Shown here: one piece after another, positions 1 through 7,817 of the stretch
How positions within the stretch are numbered: position 1 is the stretch's first letter
How the letters are laid out: every line of letters starts with the position of its first letter
Source of the DNA: an uncultured virus (IMG/VR IMGVR_UViG_3300004774_000001)
Lineage: Duplodnaviria; Heunggongvirae; Uroviricota; Caudoviricetes
Virus record (IMG/VR): IMGVR_UViG_3300004774_000001
Length of the DNA stretch: 32,365 nt
Reading direction: 5' to 3' (one strand)
The notes under the pieces: generated by a model
Told to the model about the DNA's origin: nothing
What the model saw: the letters and a program-made list of their open reading frames with translations, nothing else
Databases searched by the model: none
Position numbers and translations under genes: made by a program

Positions 1-324
1 CATTTGAAGGGCGGGCAGTTCTCGTTGAGTGATGCAGTCTCAGATATTGCCACCCATGAGTTCGGCCACCATCTTCTTGAGCAAATGCTCGCCGCCAACG
101 GAGGGAAGGGTGTCGGGGAGCCTGGCCGTCTGGTCAATATCTGGAAGGTGACCCCGAAGAGTGAGCTCCGCAAGTTGAGTCAGTACGCGGCGGACCATCC
201 AGCTGAGATGTTCTGCGAGGGACTGCTCGCCTACACGCATCCTAGTTATGGTACTAAGAACGGTGCCAAGATGCCGAAGGCGCTGGCGAAATACTTCGAC
301 GATGTAATCGGGAAAGGAAAATAA
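1..324 (+). CDS. C-terminal part of a zincin-like (HEXXH) metallopeptidase-domain protein, 5'-truncated by the window
   Basis: The frame is open from base 1. THEFGHH (HEXXH) is followed by LSQYAADHPAEMFCEG, the SxYA...E.FAE-type segment that supplies the third zinc ligand in phage zincin domains. Confidence 0.65.
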   Translation, partial: HLKGGQFSLSDAVSDIATHEFGHHLLEQMLAANGGKGVGEPGRLVNIWKVTPKSELRKLSQYAADHPAEMFCEGLLAYTHPSYGTKNGAKMPKALAKYFDDVIGKGK

Positions 325-326
325 CG

Positions 327-530
327 ATGTTGGCAGTGCCGAAATGCTTCACCCGTCAGTGCGTTCATTTTCAGGGGACTAAGTCGGACGATAACGCCGA
401 GACCAATGAGAGGCCGGCCTGCAAAGCGTTCCCTGATGGTATCCCTGTTGAGATCAGTTATGGGGACAATCCCCACTTGATGCCGGTCGATGGGGATGGT
501 GGGATCGTTTTCGAGAAGGGGAGCAAATGA
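327..530 (+). CDS. Small conserved Cys/His phage protein (C..C.H...C.AFPDGIP..I..G...H..P..GD.GI.FE type)
   Basis: 67 aa, starts 2 nt after the upstream stop and overlaps the next start (ATGA). The motif pattern is recognisable from small ORFs seen downstream of phage head-associated enzyme domains. Confidence 0.7.
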   Translation: MLAVPKCFTRQCVHFQGTKSDDNAETNERPACKAFPDGIPVEISYGDNPHLMPVDGDGGIVFEKGSK

Positions 531-1396
531 CAGAGCGAACGGTTTTGACGTGGCGTGATGTTGAGAGCTGCGCTGCTGTAGCACGCAGTCGCATCCCGGA
601 TGGTGTCGCACTTTATGGAGTTCCTCGCGGCGGTGCGATGGCGGCCCTTGCGATTCGTAGGATCGGCGCCATGCGACTCGTGAGTACCCCAGAGGAGGCA
701 GATGTTATCGTCGATGACATCATCGACTCTGGTGTGACTAAGCAACGATACAATGGGCGCTTCCCGGACAAGCCATTTGTGGTCTTGGTTGATAAAAGGA
801 ATCGGAAAGATTCCGACTGGATAGTGTTTCCGTGGGAGACCGATGAGCAGGATGGACCAGAGGAAAACATCCGACGGCTGCTTGAATTCGTCGGAGACGA
901 TCCGAATCGTGAAGGATTGAGGGAGACGCCGGCTCGGGTGATCCGCAGCTATGGTGAAATCTTCTCGGGGTACAAGATCGACCCCGCCTCTGTCTTCAAG
1001 GTGTTCGAGGAGGGGGCTTGCGACGAGATGGTGTTGGTTCGCAACGTCGAGTTCTTCTCAGTCTGCGAGCATCATATGCAGCCCTTCTTCGGGCAGGCCC
1101 ACTTGGCGTATGTGCCGAATGGCAAGGTGATTGGGGTATCGAAGCTGGTCCGGCTGCTCGAGGTATTCACTCGCCGGCTTCAGATTCAAGAACGAATCTG
1201 TCAGCAGGTGACGGCGGCTCTGGACGAGTATCTGAAGCCACTCGGCTCTGCCTGTATCCTGGAGGCGAAGCACTTTTGTATGACCTGTCGAGGAGTCAAC
1301 AAGCAGGGCAGTGAGATGGTGACCTCGAGCCTAACTGGTGTGTTTCGGGACAAGGCTCCCGCTCGTCAGGAACTCTTGTCGTTGATCCGAGGTTAG
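527..1396 (+). CDS. folE: Type I phosphoribosyltransferase (Gpt-like) fused to GTP cyclohydrolase I (FolE)
   Basis: N-terminus has YGVPRGG, the PRPP loop VIVDDIIDSGVT and WIVFPWE. C-terminus has REGLRETPARV, CEHH, GVSKLVR, RLQIQER and HFCMTCRGV (FolE zinc and catalytic motifs). Confidence 0.93.
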   Translation: MTERTVLTWRDVESCAAVARSRIPDGVALYGVPRGGAMAALAIRRIGAMRLVSTPEEADVIVDDIIDSGVTKQRYNGRFPDKPFVVLVDKRNRKDSDWIVFPWETDEQDGPEENIRRLLEFVGDDPNREGLRETPARVIRSYGEIFSGYKIDPASVFKVFEEGACDEMVLVRNVEFFSVCEHHMQPFFGQAHLAYVPNGKVIGVSKLVRLLEVFTRRLQIQERICQQVTAALDEYLKPLGSACILEAKHFCMTCRGVNKQGSEMVTSSLTGVFRDKAPARQELLSLIRG

Positions 1397-1397
1397 C

Positions 1398-2435
1398 ATG
1401 ACGGACCGCCTGCTGATGCTCGACTCTGGTGCCTTCTCAGTCTGGAAGTCTGGGGCTTCAATCGACATCGACCAGTACATTGACTTCTGCCAGACTCATC
1501 CAGCGATTTCTTACTACGTCAACCTTGACGTGATCCCAGGGACTGCTGATAGTTCTCCGACCGCCGCGGACATTGAGGACGCTGCCGCACGGGGATGGAA
1601 GAACTACCTGCGGATGATTCGTAAGCTGGACTTTGAGAAAGTGATCCCGGTTTTCCACCGCGGGGAGTCCCTTAAGTGGTTGGAGAAGATGTTGGCGATT
1701 GAGTGCCCATACATTGGGCTTGGCGGGACGGCGGGATCTGTCAACAGGCGGGCTGTGATTGGGTGGCTGAATTCAGTTCGTGGCGTTGTTGCACCGGATG
1801 GCAAGCCGATCGTGCGGACTCATGGATTCGGGATCAACAGCCTTGAGCTACTCAGACGGTTCCCGTGGTATTCGGTCGACTCGGCCAGCTGGTTGGTGCT
1901 GGCCGCTTTTGGTAAGATATGGGTGCCGCGGAAGACCAATGGTCAATTCGATTTCGATCTCAAGGCCGCAGTCAATGCAATGACACCCCAGTCTGGGTGG
2001 AAAGGGGAGTTTCAGATCCACTATGATACCATGCTGCCGGTGTGGAGGAAACACGTTGAAGATTGGCTGCGATACTGCGATGTTTCGCTTGGCGAATTCG
2101 AGCTGATCGACGTTCCCGCAGGATACAAACGAGTCGATGGGATTGAGCAGTGGCTAGATAAGACCAAGACCAAGATCGTCCGTGAGACGGTTGCCGGCGT
2201 TCGTACTAGCAGCGATGCCAGACGTATCGTCAACGCTGTGTTCATCAAGCATCAGGAAGGACTGCCGGCTTCCACTGTCCAGCATATCTATTTTGCTGGA
2301 TGCGGGGACTCTGATCGGGAGCGGATGGCTCGGGTGGTCGCTAAACGACTGTACTCATACGCTGGACTTGATAAGTCGTTCACCCAGTACCTTGAAGTGA
2401 TTCAGAGGGAGGCAGCCGATGCCGTTTATGCTTGA
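1398..2435 (+). CDS. TGT/DpdA-like base-exchange transglycosylase, paralog 1
   Basis: LMLDSGAFS, NLDVIP, IPVFH, YIGLGG, HGFG and PWYSVDSASW match the TGT-barrel motif order. Lies directly downstream of folE. Confidence 0.75.
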   Translation: MTDRLLMLDSGAFSVWKSGASIDIDQYIDFCQTHPAISYYVNLDVIPGTADSSPTAADIEDAAARGWKNYLRMIRKLDFEKVIPVFHRGESLKWLEKMLAIECPYIGLGGTAGSVNRRAVIGWLNSVRGVVAPDGKPIVRTHGFGINSLELLRRFPWYSVDSASWLVLAAFGKIWVPRKTNGQFDFDLKAAVNAMTPQSGWKGEFQIHYDTMLPVWRKHVEDWLRYCDVSLGEFELIDVPAGYKRVDGIEQWLDKTKTKIVRETVAGVRTSSDARRIVNAVFIKHQEGLPASTVQHIYFAGCGDSDRERMARVVAKRLYSYAGLDKSFTQYLEVIQREAADAVYA

Positions 2436-3447
2436 CTGCGGTGCCTGGAGTGCGTGGACGCGTCAGGTGCCGATTGATCTGCAGGAGTACATAGGTTTTT
2501 GCAAGAGGCATCCGCAGGCTGACTACTATGTTAGCCTGGATGTTATTCCAGGTTCTCAGCTGGAACACGAGGAGCATACGGAGGAGCTAATCGACGGCGC
2601 CGCCGCCAGAAGCTGGGAGAACTACAACGAGATGGTCCGCCATCTCCCTATCGAGAAGGTGATCCCCGTATATCATCATCTAGAGTCATTGAAATGGCTC
2701 GATAAGATCCTCGACAGTAAGGCTCCATACATTGGGATAGGCTTCGGGCGGGCGAAATCACCACGATTGCGAATGGACTGGTTTCAGAAGATTCGCCCGT
2801 ATCTGGTCGATTCGGAGGGGAAGAGCCTCCGTGCAGTCCACGGTTTTGCTGTGTCTGATCTCGACATGATGAAGTACTTTCCGTGGCATTCGGTGGACTC
2901 TGCTTCATGGGTACTGGGTGGATCATTTGGGAAGATATGCACTCCTCACGTTGTGGGGGGAAAATTCGACTATTCGTTGGACCCGATTAGGCTATACACT
3001 TCTGATGTTTCTAGCATGCGAGGGGCGTTTAATAGTCATACGAGGGATATGAGTCCGATCGCTCGTAACAACCTCGATGACTACCTAGCCTCTTGTGGCG
3101 TAACGTATGGCCACTCGGAAGAAGTCGACGTCCCACCCGATTACAAGCTACAGAGAGGTTTGGAGCGGTGGGGGGAGAGGGGGAAGCGAATCATACGGAT
3201 AGTTGAGAGGGGCGTGACAAACTATGACCAATGCAGAAAGCTGGTCAACGCGGTTTTCTTCTTGCGGGTCAACGAGGCAGTCCCGATCAAGAGGGTTTAT
3301 CTCGCCGGTGGTGGCGTTAAGTTTAGAATCGAGAAGATGATCAAGAACCGTCTATTCGCCTACCCCGATCTGCTGTCCCAGCGAGGCGCGGCATACGAGT
3401 TGTTTCTTTGGCACTGTGAAAATACTGAAAAGGAGTCTATGGCATGA
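2419..3447 (+). CDS. TGT/DpdA-like base-exchange transglycosylase, paralog 2
   Basis: FMLDCGAWS, SLDVIP, IPVYH, YIGIGF, HGFA and PWHSVDSASW; collinear with paralog 1 along its whole length. Confidence 0.72.
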   Translation: MPFMLDCGAWSAWTRQVPIDLQEYIGFCKRHPQADYYVSLDVIPGSQLEHEEHTEELIDGAAARSWENYNEMVRHLPIEKVIPVYHHLESLKWLDKILDSKAPYIGIGFGRAKSPRLRMDWFQKIRPYLVDSEGKSLRAVHGFAVSDLDMMKYFPWHSVDSASWVLGGSFGKICTPHVVGGKFDYSLDPIRLYTSDVSSMRGAFNSHTRDMSPIARNNLDDYLASCGVTYGHSEEVDVPPDYKLQRGLERWGERGKRIIRIVERGVTNYDQCRKLVNAVFFLRVNEAVPIKRVYLAGGGVKFRIEKMIKNRLFAYPDLLSQRGAAYELFLWHCENTEKESMA

Positions 3448-4448
3448 GCGTGAATCGTGAGTTGTTCTTGTCTCGTCTTGAGGCCGTGTCCCCCGGCTTG
3501 GCTAGTAGGGAGTTGATTGAACAGAGTTCGTGTTTCGTGTTTCGGAATGATCGAATTCTCACATTCAACGATGAGATTGCCTGCGCCATTGAGAGCCCAG
3601 TCAAGGGGCTATCTGGGGCTGTGGTCGCGAAGCCATTGATGGAGTTGCTGTCTAAGCTGCCGGAGGATGAGCTTGAGATCACCCCGATCCAAGGCAAGAT
3701 CCAGGTCAAAGGAAACAAGCGGCGGGCTGAGATCGTGATGGAGGAACAGGTCAACCTGCCGGTCGACTCGATCGAGACCCCAACCGAATGGGTGGAACTG
3801 GACAAGGAATTCCTTGAAGCGATTAGCATCGTTCAATCGGTCGCGAGTCAGGGGAAGGATACCAACTTCAACCTGACCTGCGTCCATCTGCATCCCGACT
3901 ACGCTGAGGCGTGCGATAACTTCCAGGCGGCTCGGTTCCCGGTCAAGACCGGAGTGAGGAAGTCCTGCCTGATTCGTCAGGCATCGATCAAGCACATCCC
4001 GCAGTTGGGGATGACCGAGATGTCTGAAGGTGAGGCATGGGTCCATTTCCGCAACGCCGCTGGGTTGGTGTTGAGCTGCCGGCGATGGCAGGAAGCATAT
4101 GAGAGTCTCGACCCGATCTTTGCCTGCGAGGGAGAGCCGGTCACGCTGCCCGGTGGGTTGAAGGACGCCGTTGACAAGGCGAAAATCTTCAGCTCGGAGA
4201 ACGTCGAGAACGATCAGATCTTCGTCAAGATGAGGGATGGCAAGCTGCTGATTCGTGGTGAGGGCTCCTATGGTAAGTTTGAGGAGCAGAAGTCGGTCAA
4301 GTTCGCCGGGGACGTTTCGTTCATGATTGCTCCGAAGCTGCTGGTCGAGATCACCGAGCGGACCAACGACTGTGTGGTCGGGCAGGGACGGCTGAAGATT
4401 TCGACGGGGAAGTTCTCATACGTATCGTGCCTCTCCTCCGTCGAGTAG
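3444..4448 (+). CDS. dnaN: DNA sliding clamp, DnaN/beta-like
   Basis: 334 aa. The N-terminus (VNRELFLSRLEAV), the LMELLSKLPEDELEI segment and the FNLTCVHL...ACDNFQAA segment resemble beta-clamp domain repeats. A clamp loader lies nearby. Confidence 0.75.
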   Translation: MSVNRELFLSRLEAVSPGLASRELIEQSSCFVFRNDRILTFNDEIACAIESPVKGLSGAVVAKPLMELLSKLPEDELEITPIQGKIQVKGNKRRAEIVMEEQVNLPVDSIETPTEWVELDKEFLEAISIVQSVASQGKDTNFNLTCVHLHPDYAEACDNFQAARFPVKTGVRKSCLIRQASIKHIPQLGMTEMSEGEAWVHFRNAAGLVLSCRRWQEAYESLDPIFACEGEPVTLPGGLKDAVDKAKIFSSENVENDQIFVKMRDGKLLIRGEGSYGKFEEQKSVKFAGDVSFMIAPKLLVEITERTNDCVVGQGRLKISTGKFSYVSCLSSVE

Positions 4449-4460
4449 AAAGACGAATCG

Positions 4461-5492
4461 ATGTCACCAGTAAAAGTCCTATCCACCGTACCGACCCAGC
4501 TTCACGACTTTGATAAGAAGCTGGAGTGGCTTCGTTCGGCCTGTGAGCAGCACAAGCCGGACATCCTGGTGACACCACAGGAGTTCTTCGGTGGGGCTGT
4601 GATGATGCCCCACCAGAAGGACATAGAATTCGACTCGCTGTACCCGAAGCTCCGGCAGCTGAATAAGCAGCACGGGACAGCCTTCGTGGTTGGGGTACAG
4701 CAGAAGGATGATGCCAACACCAATCGCAGTGCAATCTGGTTCATCAACGAAAAGGGAGAATACCTCGGCAGGGTGCTGAAACTGGCCCTCCCGCGGTATG
4801 ATCATGTCAGCACCCATGGCTTCGGCCATGTGACCCCCGAAACCGACTTCATGGCTCGGTTTAAGCTGTTCGAGATCTGTGGGCTGAAGTTGTCCGCGAT
4901 CTTCTGCTGGGAGGTCTACAGTGATATTCTATGGACGGGGCTGGGGATTCTGAAACCAGACTTGATCCTGTCGCTGATCAAGTTCGGCCCCAACGCGTGG
5001 CCCCAGGTCGAGAAGATCGGGGAGCAGCAGACCGTCAAAGGATTCGGATACGGGACATGGGATAGCAACGAATGGATCGAGCGGCTGAGGATGGCCGCGT
5101 TGTACCAAGTCCGGTGCCCGATTATCAGCTCAACCAACAGCTGGAGTCTTCGCCCCGTGTCCAAGCCGATCTGTGGCTCAGTCGCCGGCATACCGGGTCA
5201 GTTGAAAGAGGAGACTTTCTGGGAGCCAGAACGCGGCGAGTCGAAGACAATCCCCGAGAAGATCGCGATTGATATGATCGATGCCGGGGCTGTTCGTGGT
5301 GCAAGGCAGAACAAGTTCGTGTATAAGGATGCGACCGGAGAGTTCCCTCCATTCGATCTTGGCAAGTTCACCATGCTGCTGAAGATGGCGAGGATTGAGA
5401 CTAGAATCCTCACTGGGAGGGAGCAGCAGTCCGTGGACAAGACCGCCGCGAAGAAGGACAATCGAGTTGGATTCTTTGCGAAGAAGGAATAG
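4461..5492 (+). CDS. Carbon-nitrogen hydrolase (nitrilase superfamily)
   Basis: Glu-Lys-Cys triad contexts: PDILVTPQEFF (E), NRSAIWFINEKGEYLGRVLKLALP (K), LSAIFCWEVY (C). Confidence 0.85.
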   Translation: MSPVKVLSTVPTQLHDFDKKLEWLRSACEQHKPDILVTPQEFFGGAVMMPHQKDIEFDSLYPKLRQLNKQHGTAFVVGVQQKDDANTNRSAIWFINEKGEYLGRVLKLALPRYDHVSTHGFGHVTPETDFMARFKLFEICGLKLSAIFCWEVYSDILWTGLGILKPDLILSLIKFGPNAWPQVEKIGEQQTVKGFGYGTWDSNEWIERLRMAALYQVRCPIISSTNSWSLRPVSKPICGSVAGIPGQLKEETFWEPERGESKTIPEKIAIDMIDAGAVRGARQNKFVYKDATGEFPPFDLGKFTMLLKMARIETRILTGREQQSVDKTAAKKDNRVGFFAKKE

Positions 5493-5494
5493 TG

Positions 5495-5596
5495 ATGTCT
5501 GGTCCGATCAAAGACGAATGGCGGAGCGACGACGGTAGTATTCGTCTGTTGTTGGGGGATTGCGTACAGACTCCTACGGGTTTTTTCAGTAGGTGA
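5495..5596 (+). pseudogene. 33-aa remnant resembling the N-terminus of a phage DNA methyltransferase
   Basis: Hand translation gives MSGPIKDEWRSDDGSIRLLLGDCVQTPTGFFSR*. The 'D..I.L..GDC' opening is typical of N6/N4 methyltransferases, but no DPPY or FxGxG motif follows. Confidence 0.45.
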
Positions 5597-5725
5597 ATGC
5601 GAACGCTATAAACGACGTATAACGCGTTCGGACGGGACGTGGGACGAATAGACGACCGAACCACAAACGTGTGTCAGGGCGCGAGCTAGGCCGATGAAAA
5701 CGAGTGTTTAGGATGGGAGGTAACA

Positions 5726-6079
5726 ATGCCATTCTTTGCAGTAGAAAAACAGCCGTATCCAGAGTCGAACGCTTCGGCCGAGCACCTGATCAGTCGGTTT
5801 GGGGCTGAGCTAATCATAGCTGTTCTTGATACGATGCTGGTGTGGGTCCAAGAGGACAAGCAGCCAGGCAGACAGGAAGTCGAATTGGTTGGGACGGAAG
5901 ATAACCAAGCGATGGCATCAGATGTTCGTAGACACATCGGGGCATTCAACTTCGTTGAGTCAGTGACGGTTACTCGGGCATGGGTCGCTGCTCGCAAGGC
6001 TGGCTACCGCGAGATGCGAGATGGTAAATTCAGTTTATTCGTCGACAAGGTGAAGGCTGCCGCAGCGAGGAGAAAGTAA
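5726..6079 (+). CDS. Hypothetical protein
   Basis: 117 aa with a strong GGAGG RBS; its stop overlaps the next start (TAATG). Confidence 0.7.
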   Translation: MPFFAVEKQPYPESNASAEHLISRFGAELIIAVLDTMLVWVQEDKQPGRQEVELVGTEDNQAMASDVRRHIGAFNFVESVTVTRAWVAARKAGYREMRDGKFSLFVDKVKAAAARRK

Positions 6080-7326
6080 TGCCTCAGGGATTTTTCGCCA
6101 GCGCTGCCAAGCCAGCCCCTAAGATTGTCGGTCTTGTTCCGGCTTGCGGGGCTTGTGGACTCCATAAGACTTGTGATAGCCCGAAGATGCCCGTGACTGG
6201 AGAGGGAAAACATGGTGTTTTGATTGTCGCAGAGGCGCCTGGTGGGGATGAAGATGAACAGGGTATCCAACTGATTGGCAAGGCGGGGCAGCGTCTCCGT
6301 CAGTCCATCGCTGCTCTCGGCTATGATCTTGATCGGGACTGCTGGAAAACCAACGCCCTGATCTGCCGGCCATCGACGAAAACAGAGGATGGTAAAAGAA
6401 ACAGAACCCCAACGAAGGACGAGATAGGGTACTGCCGACCTAATCTAATCCAGACGATAAAAGAGCTGAAACCGAGAATGATCATCCCCCTCGGTGGCCC
6501 GGCGGTTGAGAGTGTGATTGGGCATCTCTGGAAGGAGGACGTTGGTGGGATCAGTCGGTGGGTCGGATTCCAGATCCCGTGCCAGAAGCCGAACGTCTGG
6601 ATCTGCCCAACACACCATCCTTCCTATCTGTTGAGGGAGGAAGATGGTGTTCTCGATATGTGGTTCGAGCGCCATCTCGAGTTGGCATTTGACTTGGTTG
6701 GCCGGCCGTGGACAGAGAAACAGGATTGGGTCGGCGATGTCCGAGTAGTGGTGGATGATGATGAGGCTGCCCAGATTCTGTACGGCATTTCTTTGATGGA
6801 GGATGGGGCGCTTGCGATTGATTTTGAGACCACTACGCTGAAGCCAGACACTCCGTGGTCAGAGATAGTTTGCTGCGCAGTTTCATGGGGGAGGACGAAG
6901 CCAGAGATCACAGTCGCATATCCGTGGAGGGGAAAGGCTAGGGAAGCGACGCAGGCGGTGACACGGTCACCGATTCCGAAGATAGCAAGCAATCTGAAGT
7001 TTGAAGATCGATGGGTGCGAAAGGAATTCGGACACCGCGTTCGGAATTGGTGCCATGACACGATGCTGTTCGCTCACCTGATGGACAGTAGGCCGGGAAT
7101 CACTGGGTTGAAATTCCAATCGTTCGCTCATCTTGGGTTTCCCGAATACTCGGATCACATTAGTCCATATCTGGACGGTGGGAGTGCCAGAGGGAAGAAT
7201 CGAGTGAATGAGGTTGATAAGTCTGAACTTCTCCGTTACTGCGGTTTAGACGCATTGCTAGAGTTTCGTCTGGCCGTTCGCCAGAGACAGATAATGGGGT
7301 TCGACATTCCTTGGAGCTACAAATGA
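6079..7326 (+). CDS. Family-4 uracil-DNA glycosylase-like domain fused to a PolA 3'-5' exonuclease (N-terminal half of a split SPO1-type DNA polymerase)
   Basis: UDG part has CGACGL, AEAPG, G..LIGKAG, NALICRP, C and HPS. Exonuclease part has ExoI AIDFETT, ExoII SNLKFED and ExoIII YCGLDA. Confidence 0.88.
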   Translation: MPQGFFASAAKPAPKIVGLVPACGACGLHKTCDSPKMPVTGEGKHGVLIVAEAPGGDEDEQGIQLIGKAGQRLRQSIAALGYDLDRDCWKTNALICRPSTKTEDGKRNRTPTKDEIGYCRPNLIQTIKELKPRMIIPLGGPAVESVIGHLWKEDVGGISRWVGFQIPCQKPNVWICPTHHPSYLLREEDGVLDMWFERHLELAFDLVGRPWTEKQDWVGDVRVVVDDDEAAQILYGISLMEDGALAIDFETTTLKPDTPWSEIVCCAVSWGRTKPEITVAYPWRGKAREATQAVTRSPIPKIASNLKFEDRWVRKEFGHRVRNWCHDTMLFAHLMDSRPGITGLKFQSFAHLGFPEYSDHISPYLDGGSARGKNRVNEVDKSELLRYCGLDALLEFRLAVRQRQIMGFDIPWSYK

Positions 7327-7817
7327 GCCAAAGCAATCACATGCTGAAATCGTCGCATCAGAAGAGGATCGAATCGTTCATGTGGTTGGCTGGTCAGGAT
7401 GTTCTGACGCAGCCAACCGTTCCGACGGAAGACGTCCGACTGCTTCGAGCCAAGCTGATCTTCGAAGAGGCAATGGAGACGATCACCGCCCTCGGCGTCG
7501 ATGTGGTCATTTCCCCTCAGATGTCTCAGCAGGGACTGGTTGCCCTCCTCGACGGATTCTACGAGCTGGTGGTGAATAAGAAACGGCCGCCGGACTTGAT
7601 CGAGATTGCCGATGGGTGTGCAGATATTTCCGTGGTCACCATCGGAACGCTGAGTGCCTGTGGGATCTCTGACAAGCCGCTGCTGAAAGAGGTTGATGAA
7701 TCGAACCTCCGGAAGTTTGGTCCCGGAGGGCATAAACGGGCGGACGGGAAATGGATTAAACCAGCCGACTGGAAGGCCCCTGATATTACGAAGGTACTAC
7801 AGGACCAAACACCGTGA
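7323..7817 (+). CDS. MazG-like / PRA-PH family all-alpha NTP pyrophosphohydrolase (possibly a dUTPase)
   Basis: LIFEEAME, EIADGCADISVV, EVDESNLRK and RADGKWIKPADWKAPDI motifs. The ATG at 7323 overlaps the upstream stop. Confidence 0.85.
   Translation: MSQSNHMLKSSHQKRIESFMWLAGQDVLTQPTVPTEDVRLLRAKLIFEEAMETITALGVDVVISPQMSQQGLVALLDGFYELVVNKKRPPDLIEIADGCADISVVTIGTLSACGISDKPLLKEVDESNLRKFGPGGHKRADGKWIKPADWKAPDITKVLQDQTP

Noticed and set aside
5685..5710. Hammerhead-like words (CCGATGA...GAAA)
   Set aside because: The core would need CTGATGA and three flanking stems, which I could not build.
7323..7817. Intron or intein with a homing endonuclease interrupting the polymerase
   Set aside because: The intervening ORF is a MazG-like enzyme with no LAGLIDADG, HNH or GIY-YIG motif, and there is no flanking non-coding sequence for a ribozyme.
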